A stretch of 64,000 nt of DNA from Pseudomonadales bacterium (GCA_020632265.1 JACKFW010000001.1:140223-204222), one strand, 5' to 3'; counted from the stretch's first letter, positions 28,904 through 39,509 are shown. A program made the numbers and translations. Notes: generated by a model not told the origin, from the letters alone.

Positions 28904-30448
28904 CTACTCTCTTCTCAATACTGTTATTTCTGGGCCATTTTCTACTTCATAGACCTCACTAGGGATTTTATTGGGGAAAACGACAATTTCATAAATTGGG
29001 GAATCAACAACATTTGTTAAAACTCTATCATCATTAATAATAAAGAGCGTATCGATATTGCCTCGATCTTCATCTACTACTGGTGGATTATTTGTTGCAC
29101 TCAAAAAATACCGATAATTTTGACCTTCAATGTCACCTGTTCCAGTCAGTAAAATAATATTATATTTTTCATTTTGCTTAACTCTACTGGTAATTGTATC
29201 CACGGCTCGCTGGATGTCTACAATTCTGCCTCCGGTGTCTGACATTACAATTTTCATTAAAGGTAGATTGTATTTTAAAAAGAAAAAAATAAATACTAAT
29301 ATAAGAAATTTTCCCAAAATTCCTTTTTTATATAAATAATCCCCAGTAATTCCTAATGTTAAAAAAGTAATTGGAAATAAATATGCTACGTAGTGATCAT
29401 AGATAGTATGTTGATAAAATCCAATTAAAAATATCCCAGAAAAAAGAAAAGTAAAAATAATATTTATTCCATACTTATATTTTTTCCGCTGATCAACTTT
29501 TAATTCTCTAAAATTTAAGAAAAGTAGTATTAAAATGATTGCTAAGAAAACCAAATTAATTTGATTATTCTGGCCAAGAGGAATATCAACTAAGATGTGT
29601 CTTGCTTCCTTTTGTGTATCTCGAACATATTCACTAAGCCTGCCTTTTAAATCAGTTGATGTTTGCTCAAAGCTATCTTCACCGACTAAAATATTCTGAA
29701 AAGCTTTAAAATTTAAAGCATCGTGTTTTAAATCAAATAGTACGAGTGGCAAAATCGAGGTAAAAAATATAACCGCTCCTACCGCTGTTGCAAAAAACAT
29801 TTTCTTCACCAATTTTTTGTCATTAAACCTAGAGATAAGTTGCCAGAGCCAAATTAATCCTATTCCAGCGCTTGATAATAAAGTTAGATAATGTAGTTGA
29901 ATCAATACGCTAAATAATAAAATTACTATTGCCCAATACTTCACGTCACTTTTTATTGCCTTAAATATGGCATAAATCATTAATAAAGATATCAATGGCG
30001 CTGGATTAGGATTCCAGCTAAACCTCGTAAATGAAACCACTATCGCTGAAAACGCCATTAATGTTGCAGCAAAAAGAGCTGCTCTTTCTCCCACCATTTC
30101 TTTACCTAAAACATACATTAAATAGATGGTCAATAATCCTAAGAAAGCCACGGCATAAACCGGACCAAGAGGACTTGGATAAGATAACATTAGAAAAGGA
30201 ACCATAAAATAATAATAGAGAGGCCCAAGATACATGTTGCCAACGCTAGTAACTGGACCAATAAAAACTAAGTCATGATTCTTAAATATCTTTGAAACAA
30301 TTAAAGCATCCCTACCTTGATCGCCAAGAAATTGCACTGAGTTGGGAATGTTCCAAAATCTTACGAATGTAGCCAATAGCAACACTAAAATAAATAAGTA
30401 ATGTCTTATTTCCATTTTTTTTGGAAATCCAGGAAAATTCATCTTCAT
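28904..30448 (-). CDS. GT-C fold membrane glycosyltransferase (GT39-like)
   Basis: Polytopic N-terminal region with an FLGDQGRDA loop, plus a C-terminal soluble domain. 514 aa. Confidence 0.55.
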   Translation of the reverse strand: MKMNFPGFPKKMEIRHYLFILVLLLATFVRFWNIPNSVQFLGDQGRDALIVSKIFKNHDLVFIGPVTSVGNMYLGPLYYYFMVPFLMLSYPSPLGPVYAVAFLGLLTIYLMYVLGKEMVGERAALFAATLMAFSAIVVSFTRFSWNPNPAPLISLLMIYAIFKAIKSDVKYWAIVILLFSVLIQLHYLTLLSSAGIGLIWLWQLISRFNDKKLVKKMFFATAVGAVIFFTSILPLVLFDLKHDALNFKAFQNILVGEDSFEQTSTDLKGRLSEYVRDTQKEARHILVDIPLGQNNQINLVFLAIILILLFLNFRELKVDQRKKYKYGINIIFTFLFSGIFLIGFYQHTIYDHYVAYLFPITFLTLGITGDYLYKKGILGKFLILVFIFFFLKYNLPLMKIVMSDTGGRIVDIQRAVDTITSRVKQNEKYNIILLTGTGDIEGQNYRYFLSATNNPPVVDEDRGNIDTLFIINDDRVLTNVVDSPIYEIVVFPNKIPSEVYEVENGPEITVLRRE

Positions 30449-30463
30449 AATCTTTTTCTTAAC

Positions 30464-31651
30464 CTAGTTTTTCTTTTTCCAAATAAATTTGTTATATGCA
30501 AAGAAATTCCAAAACAAACCAATAACAATTCCAGACATAGCGAAAACAATACCTGTATCAACATTAAAGTTTATAAATGGTAAAACAAATAATGATTTTA
30601 AGCCTATGAAAGTTTCGCCTAATGAATTGATAGTTAATTGAATCAAAATTGATCCAGCAGAAGCTAAATTAAATTGCAAAAACTTTGTAGGGATTTGAGA
30701 TTTTTTTAATTTTCTATCAGAAAATGTCCATAAATTATTAAGTGCAAAATTAGACATAATTGCTAATTCAATACTCAATAAAGTCGCAACCAAAAAATTA
30801 GTAAAAACCAATAATTGAAAGGTGGGAAGTAAGTTTCTGATAATTGAAAGTGAAACTAGTTGAACAAAAGTACCAACCCCTCCCACAAAAGCAAACTTAA
30901 AAATTCTACTATTAAGCATATCTTTAATCCTTACTTTTAAAATATATAATAAAGTGTTTTTAATATATTCAGCACCCAATTTAGATTCACCAATAGTTCT
31001 ATCTACAAAAACAAAAGGAACTTCCTTGATTTTAAAACCAGCTCTTACAGCGTTGTTCAAAAATCCAATTTGAAATGTGTAACCCATAAATCTTTCATCA
31101 TTGATTAGTGGACGCACTTTGTCGTAAACTTTTTTTCTAACTGCACGAAAGCCGGTCGTCCAATCTTTAATTTTAAAATTTGTAAGAACAGTAGTAATTA
31201 CTAAATTACCAACAATACTTAAAAACTTTCTATCCAAACCCCAATTGGCAGGAATACCTCCACCTTTTATATACCTCGAACCTAAAACTAGATCTGCTCC
31301 GTTATCAATTTCCTTCATAAATTCGGGTATTTTTGTATAATCATGTGAAAGATCAGCATCAAACTGAAAAATAACCTCAGATTTTAACTCACCAAACGCA
31401 TATTCCATACCTTTAAGATATGCTCCACCTAAGCCCGCCTTTTTAGAATTTACAAGCAAATGTACTTCTTTATGTAGTTTGGTCAATTCTTGTACCTCCT
31501 CATATGTTTTGTCTGGAGAAGTGTCGTCGACAACCAATATTCCCATTTCCCAGTTTTTCACTTTTTTAAAAATTTCAAGTAAAAGAGGAATAACTTTTTG
31601 AATATTTTCTCGTTCATTATAGGTTGGGATTATGACAATTGCTTTTTGCAT
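30464..31651 (-). CDS. GT2 polyprenol-phosphate glycosyltransferase fused to a GtrA-like membrane domain
   Basis: VIIPTYNERENI, DDTSPDKT and DADLSHD motifs. C-terminal FKFAFVGGVGTFVQL is GtrA-like. Confidence 0.8.
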   Translation of the reverse strand: MQKAIVIIPTYNERENIQKVIPLLLEIFKKVKNWEMGILVVDDTSPDKTYEEVQELTKLHKEVHLLVNSKKAGLGGAYLKGMEYAFGELKSEVIFQFDADLSHDYTKIPEFMKEIDNGADLVLGSRYIKGGGIPANWGLDRKFLSIVGNLVITTVLTNFKIKDWTTGFRAVRKKVYDKVRPLINDERFMGYTFQIGFLNNAVRAGFKIKEVPFVFVDRTIGESKLGAEYIKNTLLYILKVRIKDMLNSRIFKFAFVGGVGTFVQLVSLSIIRNLLPTFQLLVFTNFLVATLLSIELAIMSNFALNNLWTFSDRKLKKSQIPTKFLQFNLASAGSILIQLTINSLGETFIGLKSLFVLPFINFNVDTGIVFAMSGIVIGLFWNFFAYNKFIWKKKN

Positions 31652-32620
31652 TTACTTGCTTTCAATTTCAATTTCTGCCTCTACCATTAATTTTACTAAT
31701 TCCTCAAAACTAATTGATGGTTTCCATCCAAGTTTTTGATTAGCCTTAGTTGGATCACCAATTAATAAATCAACTTCAGCGGGACGATCAAATTCGGGAT
31801 TATGTTTCCATACGGATTTCCAATCTTCAATGCCGGCATATTTGCAACTAAGTTGTAAAAATTCTTCAACTGAATGAGTTTCACCTGTGGCAACTACAAA
31901 ATCTTCAGGTTCATCTTGTTGAAGCATTAGCCACATGGCTTCAACATAATCTTTAGCATATCCCCAATCTCGCATTGAGTTTAAATTTCCAAGTTCAACA
32001 TTTTCTTGCTTGCCTAACTTAATTCTAGCAACTGCATTGGCAATTTTTCTGGTAACAAACTCCAGCCCTCTTCTTGGAGATTCATGATTAAATAAAATCC
32101 CTGAAGTTGCAAACATATCAAATGATTCTCTGTAATTAACAGTGATCCAATGACCATAGACTTTAGCAACACCATAAGGAGATCTTGGATAAAATGGAGT
32201 CGATTCTTTTTGCGGAACTTCTTGAACTTTTCCAAACATCTCACTTGAGCTTGCCTGATAAAATTTAGCGCTTGGACATGCTAATCTTAATGCTTCCAAA
32301 ACTCTAACGACTCCTAACGCTGTAAACTCGCCGGTTAAGACTGGTTGATCCCAACTGGCTTTAACAAATGATTGTGCTGCCAAATTATAAACTTCATCTG
32401 GTTGAACATCTTTCAAAGCATAAGTTAAAGAATGCTGATCAATTAAATCTCCTGAAATCAATTTCAGGTTATCATTGTGAATAATATGCTGAATGCGTGC
32501 AAAATTTTGAGTGCTTGTTCTTCTTGTAAGGCCATAAACCTTGTAGCCTTTTTCCAAAAGAAATTCGGCTAAATAAGATCCATCCTGTCCAGTAATACCT
32601 GTAATAAATGCTTTTTTCAT
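31652..32620 (-). CDS. gmd: GDP-mannose 4,6-dehydratase
   Basis: N-terminal [23 protein letters not shown] is nearly the canonical GMD signature. SDR YxxxK present. Confidence 0.9.
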   Translation of the reverse strand: MKKAFITGITGQDGSYLAEFLLEKGYKVYGLTRRTSTQNFARIQHIIHNDNLKLISGDLIDQHSLTYALKDVQPDEVYNLAAQSFVKASWDQPVLTGEFTALGVVRVLEALRLACPSAKFYQASSSEMFGKVQEVPQKESTPFYPRSPYGVAKVYGHWITVNYRESFDMFATSGILFNHESPRRGLEFVTRKIANAVARIKLGKQENVELGNLNSMRDWGYAKDYVEAMWLMLQQDEPEDFVVATGETHSVEEFLQLSCKYAGIEDWKSVWKHNPEFDRPAEVDLLIGDPTKANQKLGWKPSISFEELVKLMVEAEIEIESK

Positions 32621-32653
32621 AAAAATTTCTCCAGTGATATTTATTTAAACCTC

Positions 32654-33613
32654 TTAATTATTTTTATTACGAATTGAATCTATTATTCTAGCCAAAGAGT
32701 CATCGAGAGATATAGTTGGAGTCCAACCTAATGATTTAATTTTATCATTTTTTGCTACCATTTTAGGAATATCAAGCGGTCTTATTCTAGAAGGATCTTC
32801 TTCTATATCAATTTTTACGATTGATAAAGAAGCCAGCTTCTTGACAACTTCACTCATTTTAATACCAACCCCACTGCCAATGTTATAAACTTCTCCAGTT
32901 TCACCTTTATTCATTACAATAATATATGCAAGCATCATGTCTTTAACATCTGTGAAATCTCTAATTGCAGATAAATTTCCAACTCTTAATTTATCTTGAG
33001 AGCCATTTTCAATTGCAACAATTTGAGTTGCAAATGCTGGTATAGCAAAATCCGGCGACTGTCTTTCACCAATATGGTTAAATGGCCTAACAGTCACTAT
33101 GTCTAGATTAAAAGATATGTGATATGAATAAGCCAACATGTCTTGAGCAATTTTTGAAACTGCATAAGGATTAATGGGTCTTAATTTATGATCTTCATCG
33201 CAAGGAAGTTCATCTTCACTTTTACTTACTCCATACTCTTCAGCTGAACCAACAACTAGCAATCTTGCTTTAGGTACGAAATCTTTTACAGCTTTTAGTA
33301 AATTCAATTGCAAAGTAATATTGTTGGCAAGTAATTCATCTGCTTTTTCAAAACTTTTACCCACGTATGCAAACGAAGCCAAATGATAAATTTGATCTGG
33401 AACTAATTCTTTTAATAAAATATTTGTATTTTCGGCATTTGTTAAATCTAGTTGATGAATATTTGCTTTACCAATTAAATTGGCTAAATATTCAGACCCA
33501 CCACCAAAAGATGTTGTGTGAATGTTTTCGAAGCCTTTAGATTGAAGTGCTTCAACTAAATGTGATCCTGCAAAACCAGTTCCGCCAGTAATTAGTATTT
33601 TTGGTTGATCCAT
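32654..33613 (-). CDS. SDR-family NAD(P)-dependent epimerase/reductase, likely GDP-4-keto-6-deoxy-D-mannose reductase (Rmd)-like
   Basis: ILITGGTGFAGSHL Rossmann motif, YAVSK (YxxxK), and a position adjacent to gmd. Confidence 0.65.
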   Translation of the reverse strand: MDQPKILITGGTGFAGSHLVEALQSKGFENIHTTSFGGGSEYLANLIGKANIHQLDLTNAENTNILLKELVPDQIYHLASFAYVGKSFEKADELLANNITLQLNLLKAVKDFVPKARLLVVGSAEEYGVSKSEDELPCDEDHKLRPINPYAVSKIAQDMLAYSYHISFNLDIVTVRPFNHIGERQSPDFAIPAFATQIVAIENGSQDKLRVGNLSAIRDFTDVKDMMLAYIIVMNKGETGEVYNIGSGVGIKMSEVVKKLASLSIVKIDIEEDPSRIRPLDIPKMVAKNDKIKSLGWTPTISLDDSLARIIDSIRNKNN

Positions 33614-33631
33614 AATGTCCTTAAAAATTAA

Positions 33632-34945
33632 TTATCTCCCAACTCCTAAATACTTAAATCCCCAATTGGAAATCAGTTGAGGTGAAAATTGGTTTCTAGC
33701 ATCAATAAACCACTGAGACTTTTGTTCTTTTCTTACTTTGGAATAATCAAAGTTCAATATTTCAGGCCACTCGATTAGAGCAATAATTACATCTATTTCT
33801 TGACATGCTTCTTCAACTGACCCAACATATGAAACACTTGGATCTTCCTTTATAAAATATTTAACTAATTCTAATGATTTGGGATCGAAACCTCTAACTT
33901 GAGCTCCTTCATTTAATAAATGAGGAATAACTTTAGTGCTTGGTGCTTCTCTCATATCATCAGTGTTTGGTTTAAATGCTAATCCCAAAACGGCTACATT
34001 TTTTCCTTGAAAACCTCCAATTTTTCTTGAGTAATTATCTAATAATTTTTTAATTCTATTTTCATTAATTTCACTAATCTTATTAAACAAATTTCCATCT
34101 TCTCCAATTTTTCTTGAATAATGAGCAAGCTCTTTTACATCCTTTGGAAAACACGAACCACCATAACCAAATCCTGGATACCAATAATGCTTGCCAATTC
34201 TTTTATCAAGCCCAATTGCTTTAATTACCTCTTGGATATCAGCCCCATTTTTTTCGCATAAATCGGCAATTTGATTAATAAAAGTAATCCTTGTAGCCAA
34301 ATATGCATTATTGCTATATTTTGCCATTTGAGCAGATTCAGGAGATACTTTAATAATAATTGTATTAAATGGTTTATGTAATTCCTCCAAAACTTTGAAG
34401 GCATAATCATCTTTAACCCCAATGACAATTCTATCTGGATTCGTGGTGTCATAAACCGCCGTACCTTCCTTTAAAAACTCAGGCACCGATGCAGTGAAAT
34501 ATTTCGTTTGAGTCAATTTGGTAATTCTTGCTTCAACTTCACCCAATGTTCCCGGAGGAACTGTTGATTTTACAACTACCACAGCATTTTCATTTAAATA
34601 TGGAGCTAAAGACTCACTAGAAGCAAATACGTATTTCAAATCGGCATTTCCATCTTCAGATGACGGTGTTCCTACAGCAATAATAATCACATCAGAACCT
34701 GTAATTGCATCCTGATATGAAGTTGTAAAGGTCAGATTTCCATTTCTTTGAGCTGTTTGCAATAATTCTTCTAATTGTGGTTCAAAAAAAGGAACTCTGC
34801 TAGATTTTAAGGACTCGATTTTTTTTTCATCTACATCTAGACCCACCACCTCATGTCCAAAAGATGCATAAACTGCAGCAGATACAACTCCAACGAAACC
34901 TGTGCCAATAACTGTAATTTTCATAATTTGATTTTCTTTAAACAC
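33632..34945 (-). CDS. ugd: nucleotide-sugar 6-dehydrogenase (UDP-glucose/GDP-mannose dehydrogenase family)
   Basis: MKITVIGTGFVGVV NAD-binding motif and catalytic GGSCFPKD. Confidence 0.85.
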   Translation of the reverse strand: MFKENQIMKITVIGTGFVGVVSAAVYASFGHEVVGLDVDEKKIESLKSSRVPFFEPQLEELLQTAQRNGNLTFTTSYQDAITGSDVIIIAVGTPSSEDGNADLKYVFASSESLAPYLNENAVVVVKSTVPPGTLGEVEARITKLTQTKYFTASVPEFLKEGTAVYDTTNPDRIVIGVKDDYAFKVLEELHKPFNTIIIKVSPESAQMAKYSNNAYLATRITFINQIADLCEKNGADIQEVIKAIGLDKRIGKHYWYPGFGYGGSCFPKDVKELAHYSRKIGEDGNLFNKISEINENRIKKLLDNYSRKIGGFQGKNVAVLGLAFKPNTDDMREAPSTKVIPHLLNEGAQVRGFDPKSLELVKYFIKEDPSVSYVGSVEEACQEIDVIIALIEWPEILNFDYSKVRKEQKSQWFIDARNQFSPQLISNWGFKYLGVGR

Positions 34946-35013
34946 ATAAATTTATTTTCAATAAACAGATAAATTTAATTTCTTTATACATTTATACAAT
35001 AGTACTAAATATA

Positions 35014-36024
35014 TCAGCTTTTTTGCACAATTTGTTCTGGAGTTAACCAGATGTAATTATTAAAAACCCAATCTATTAATTGCGATGTTTCTTGATATCT
35101 ATTCTCACTTCCCATAAGAATTATTAAAATATTTCTGTTATCTCGATTAAATTGAGTTATTAGCACTTCGCTAGCACCCTCAGTTGTACCTGTTTTAATT
35201 CCCACAACAGAATCATCAACGCCTAAAAGTAGATGAGTGTTGTATAAATAATGTTTATGAATTCCGGATATATCAGTAATAATATCTTCTTTAATTCCCA
35301 CAATGCTTCTTAAAAATTCATCCTTCATAAGCTCCTTGCTCATAACTGCTAAATCGTGTGCAGAGCTTCTTTGATGTTCGGCATCAAAACCCGCAGGATT
35401 TTCAAAAAATGTATTTTTTAACCCAAAATCTACAGCTTTTTTGTTCATTAAATCAACATATGCGTCATATCCGTCTGAATAATTTAGCGCCAAGATATAA
35501 GCCGCATCATTATTTGACTGAATTAATGCAGCTTTTAGCAAATTAGAAACAGTAACTTTTTCACCTTTGTAAAATCCAACGTCAATTCCTTCAATTTGAG
35601 AGATATCTGGAACTTCAAGAACTTGATCTAAACTATATACCTCAAGAGCTACTAAGGCAGTCATAATTTTTGTTGTAGATGCGGGAAGCAAAAGTCTCTC
35701 AGAATTTTTCTCAAATAGTTGGGTTGCTGTGTCAATATCTTCAATATAAACTGCTTTAGCACTCAATTGATCAATTTGAAAATCATTTTCAGTAACTGGG
35801 GCTAAATTGCTCTCTTCTCCAGGAGACAAATCACTTTGAGATTCAATTTCAGCAGTATTGAGAACGGGTATTTCAACTATATCTCTTGAATAAACATCAA
35901 ATTTCTTTACCGTATCATTTTTGGCAAAAATAATATAGTCAGTGGCTTTATAAAGAAACATTGTGATTATTAATATCACAATACTTATAATCTGATATTT
36001 TTTATTTACTAAAACTTTCTTCAT
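35014..36024 (-). CDS. dacA: D-alanyl-D-alanine carboxypeptidase (PBP5/6-like serine peptidase)
   Basis: STTK (SxxK), SNN (SxN) and KTGT (KTG) active-site triad. N-terminal signal/TM. Confidence 0.8.
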   Translation of the reverse strand: MKKVLVNKKYQIISIVILIITMFLYKATDYIIFAKNDTVKKFDVYSRDIVEIPVLNTAEIESQSDLSPGEESNLAPVTENDFQIDQLSAKAVYIEDIDTATQLFEKNSERLLLPASTTKIMTALVALEVYSLDQVLEVPDISQIEGIDVGFYKGEKVTVSNLLKAALIQSNNDAAYILALNYSDGYDAYVDLMNKKAVDFGLKNTFFENPAGFDAEHQRSSAHDLAVMSKELMKDEFLRSIVGIKEDIITDISGIHKHYLYNTHLLLGVDDSVVGIKTGTTEGASEVLITQFNRDNRNILIILMGSENRYQETSQLIDWVFNNYIWLTPEQIVQKS

Positions 36025-36072
36025 TAATAATGTAATTGTACCTCAAGATAAGGTGGTCTTGCTAGTATTAGT

Positions 36073-37494
36073 CTATTTCTTTCTTTCAATGACTCTAAGA
36101 CTTAATTCATCTAGCTGAGCTTGAGACACCTGAGCAGGTGCATCCATTACCGCAGTTTTCCCAGATGAAGTCATAGGAAAAGCAATTACTTCTTTAATTG
36201 ATGTTTCTCCTGCTAAAATCATAACCAAGCGATCAAGACCCAGAGCAATACCACCATGAGGTGGAGTACCAACTTCAAAAGCTTCTAACATATGACCTAT
36301 ACTAGAATTGATCTGATCATCAGAATAACCCATTATTTTAAAAGTTGCTCTCAAAACCTCTGGCCTATGTGCTCTTATGCTTCCACCACCAGCTTCGTAT
36401 CCATTGCAGACTAAATCATATTGAGCAGTTACAATTTTATCAATGTTTTTTCCCTTTAAATGCCATTCTAAATGCTCTTCCAACGGTGTGCTGAAAGGAT
36501 TATGTGTAAACGTCCAACCGCTTTTTCCATCTTGAACTTCTGCTTGGTCATCTTTATCAACTTTTTTGAAAAAAGGAAATTTTACAACCCAGGCAAAAGC
36601 TAAAGTTCCATTGGTTTTTTCTTCTTCAGTTCTAAGATCAAATTTGTCTGCGCCAAATTGTTGAATTGCTTGATCATAGGTAAAAACTGGAAATTTTTCA
36701 TCTTTAATTTTTCCACCCACAGCTTTGACTGCATATTTGGTCATATCCTCAACTATGCTCATTACTTCATCTTGAGTCACGAAGCTTGTTTCTATATCCA
36801 ACTGAGTAAACTCAAAACCTCGATCAGATCTTAAATCCTCATCTCTAATACATTTTGCAACTTGAAAATAATTCTCTACACCAGCCGTCATTAAAAGCTG
36901 TTTATATTGTTGTGGACTCTGTGGCAAAGCATAAAATTTTCCAGCTTGAAAACGAGAAGGAACAATAAAATCTCGAGCTCCCTCTTTTGTAGCCAAAGAT
37001 AATAAGGGAGTCTCAACTTCAATAAATTCTTTTTCAAATAAATACTCCCTAAAACTTTGGATTAACTTAGATCTTAATATGAGATTTTTTCTCATTCTGT
37101 TGCGTCTCAAATCAAGATATCGGAATTTTAATCTAACTTCCTCTTTAACATCATAGGCATCACCCTCAACTTGAATTGGTAACTCTTTTGATGGATTTAA
37201 GATTTGGTATTCGCTAACCTCCATCTCCACCACACCCGTTTCAATCTCTTTATTGATCATTTTTTCAGGTCTATCTTTGATCGTACCAAATACAGATATA
37301 ACCGACTCCGTAGTCAAATCACCCATCATTTTAAAACCAACACATTGAATTGTTCCAGAACGATCTCTTAAATCAATAAAAGTTATTTTTCCATGGTCTC
37401 TTTTGGTTTCAACCCAACCTTTTAATAAAACTTTTTTACCAGAAAGTTTTGGTGTTTCTTTAACTAAAGTTCTTTTTATTGTTATTTCTGACAT
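36073..37494 (-). CDS. aspS: aspartyl-tRNA synthetase, bacterial-type core without the GAD insertion domain
   Basis: QSPQQYKQLLMTAGVENYFQVAKCIRDEDLRSDRGFEFTQLDIETSF nearly matches the E. coli AspRS motif 2 region. Only 473 aa. Confidence 0.9.
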   Translation of the reverse strand: MSEITIKRTLVKETPKLSGKKVLLKGWVETKRDHGKITFIDLRDRSGTIQCVGFKMMGDLTTESVISVFGTIKDRPEKMINKEIETGVVEMEVSEYQILNPSKELPIQVEGDAYDVKEEVRLKFRYLDLRRNRMRKNLILRSKLIQSFREYLFEKEFIEVETPLLSLATKEGARDFIVPSRFQAGKFYALPQSPQQYKQLLMTAGVENYFQVAKCIRDEDLRSDRGFEFTQLDIETSFVTQDEVMSIVEDMTKYAVKAVGGKIKDEKFPVFTYDQAIQQFGADKFDLRTEEEKTNGTLAFAWVVKFPFFKKVDKDDQAEVQDGKSGWTFTHNPFSTPLEEHLEWHLKGKNIDKIVTAQYDLVCNGYEAGGGSIRAHRPEVLRATFKIMGYSDDQINSSIGHMLEAFEVGTPPHGGIALGLDRLVMILAGETSIKEVIAFPMTSSGKTAVMDAPAQVSQAQLDELSLRVIERKK

Positions 37495-37537
37495 AATTCA
37501 CCCTTTTTATGATTTATTACAATATTTTCAGGGCAAT

Positions 37538-37790
37538 AAAAAAACACGTTGCCCCTTAATAATTTGAAAGGGCTCTACGTGTTTGCGTAAGAGCGGTACC
37601 ACCTGTCTTTTTACTTGATTCCAGCGATTACGGGCTTACCCGACTTGTTCTACTAACTTCTCCAATTTTGATTTAAAAAAGTTTTCTTCAAGCAACGCGG
37701 CTAATCTCTAGCACTCGTCTGGTGTCAACAAACTAATATGCGTTTTTAAAAAAATTTCTTAAGAGTAATTATAACCTAAATTGACTAAAG
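37538..37790 (-). promoter_or_regulatory. T-box riboswitch-like leader of aspS with promoter, T-box sequence and terminator
   Basis: On the minus strand: TTAACA-17-TATAAT promoter; AGGUGGUACCGC matches the T-box consensus AGGGUGGNACCGCG; terminator ACACGTAGAGCCCTT..AAGGGGCAACGTGT+U7; alternative GCUCU/AGAGC antiterminator pairing. GAC triplets are present in the putative stem I. Confidence 0.5.
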
Positions 37791-37807
37791 TGTTAAGCGA
37801 TAAAATA

Positions 37808-39493
37808 TTAAGTGCTAATGACATAATTTTTTATATCTTTAAGTGAGGTCTGAACTGATCTTGTTCCGTTCCAAATATTCAACTCAAGAGAACCAATGAT
37901 AGAAATCCTATCACCAACATTAAATTTATCCATTAAATTACCCATCTTCCAGCCAACAGCTTTTAAAACATCTGAGCTCATTTTATCTTTGCCAGAAAAA
38001 ATTAACACTAATCTTAAATGGTTATTATCATCTCCCATCTGGAATATATTTTTTATTACTAAATCCTTAATTTCAAACATAGGCTTCCGATTTCCCTGAC
38101 CAAATGGCTCAAATTTGTCAATCATTTGAATGGTTTCTTCAGTCAATAAATTTTTTGAGAGAATACACTCAGCCTCAATGCATTTTTCCAAACTTTCTTT
38201 AAAAATAGTTTCTTTTGCCAACTTAAATAGCTTTGATTTAATTGTTTCAAGCTTCTTAGATTCAAACCCAAAACCTGCTGCCATTGGATGACCACCAACC
38301 TCAATCAAGTCATCCTTAATTATTCTAAGTAAATCTACAATATTCACACCAGGAACGGACCTCGCCGATGCTTTTGCAAATTTTCCATCAATGTTAATAG
38401 CAATTGAAGGTTTGTTAAATTTTTCCAGCATTGAACCTGCAATCAAGCCCAAGATACCTTCATGATAATTTTCAGAATGAACTATTAAAATGTGCTCGGT
38501 TCTAATTTTCTCAATCTGATTTTTGGCATCATCTAGTAACTCATAAGTCAAATTCTTTCGTTGATCATTTGTATCTAATAGTACACTTAATAATCTTGTT
38601 GCCTGAGAACTACTTTTAGTACACAAAAATCTTAATGCAACAATTCCTTCAGCCATTCTTCCCATCGCATTAATTCTAGGAGCAATAATATATCCAATCG
38701 AATCTGAATTTATTTGATTAACGTCTTTGATGGTATTTTTCAACAATAACTTTAATCCAATTCGTTGAGAATTTTTTATTGCTTCTATACCAAATTTAGC
38801 AAAACTTCTATTTGCACCAGTTAATTTAACCTGATCAGCAATAGTTGCTATACCACATAAATCTAAAAGTTCCTTTGAAAGATTTGGATTTATCTCTCTT
38901 GCTAACATCCATGAAACAGTTGCTCCACATAATTTTGTTGAATGAATAATATAATTTGCATTAGGAAATATAGGTTTGCCTAGTTCAAATTCTGGTTGGT
39001 GATGATCAGTAATAATCACATCAATATTTTGGTTTCTTAAGTATGCAACAGGTTTATGAGCAACAATACCATTATCAACAGAAATAACTAAATCTGGTTT
39101 CTTATCTAAAATAATATCATCTATTGCCTTAATAGAAATCCCGTATCCATGTTTTTTTCTATTAGGAATAAAAGGCTTTACATTACAACCAAAATCATAA
39201 AGAGTTTGCCAAAGTATTGCAGTAGCACAAATTCCATCGGCATCATAATCACCAAATATGACTATGTATTGATTATTTTTTTTAGCTTTTTTAATCCTTT
39301 TTAACACAGATTTAATCTGTTTTTCATCAATTTCTACATTTTTCAAACTAATTTCCAAAGGATAAATTGGTTCAAAGAAGTTTTCATCACGATCATCAAT
39401 TGATCTATTATCTAAAATTATCTTACGTAAATCGGCTAAATTGGAAGGAATCTTTGTATTTTTTAATAACCATTTCATACATATAATATACAA
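37808..39493 (-). CDS. recJ: single-stranded-DNA-specific exonuclease RecJ
   Basis: DHH family motifs (GDYDADGICA, ITDHH) and DHHA1 region. 561 aa. Confidence 0.85.
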   Translation of the reverse strand: MYIICMKWLLKNTKIPSNLADLRKIILDNRSIDDRDENFFEPIYPLEISLKNVEIDEKQIKSVLKRIKKAKKNNQYIVIFGDYDADGICATAILWQTLYDFGCNVKPFIPNRKKHGYGISIKAIDDIILDKKPDLVISVDNGIVAHKPVAYLRNQNIDVIITDHHQPEFELGKPIFPNANYIIHSTKLCGATVSWMLAREINPNLSKELLDLCGIATIADQVKLTGANRSFAKFGIEAIKNSQRIGLKLLLKNTIKDVNQINSDSIGYIIAPRINAMGRMAEGIVALRFLCTKSSSQATRLLSVLLDTNDQRKNLTYELLDDAKNQIEKIRTEHILIVHSENYHEGILGLIAGSMLEKFNKPSIAINIDGKFAKASARSVPGVNIVDLLRIIKDDLIEVGGHPMAAGFGFESKKLETIKSKLFKLAKETIFKESLEKCIEAECILSKNLLTEETIQMIDKFEPFGQGNRKPMFEIKDLVIKNIFQMGDDNNHLRLVLIFSGKDKMSSDVLKAVGWKMGNLMDKFNVGDRISIIGSLELNIWNGTRSVQTSLKDIKNYVIST

Positions 39494-39509
39494 CGAATTT
39501 TAATTATGA

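Noticed and set aside
37540-37760. GC-richer block upstream of aspS as an SRP RNA, RNase P RNA or tmRNA
   Set aside because: It lacks the hallmark motifs of those RNAs (for example the SRP AGGUCCGGAAGGAAGCAGC). The T-box consensus plus terminator/antiterminator architecture explains it better.
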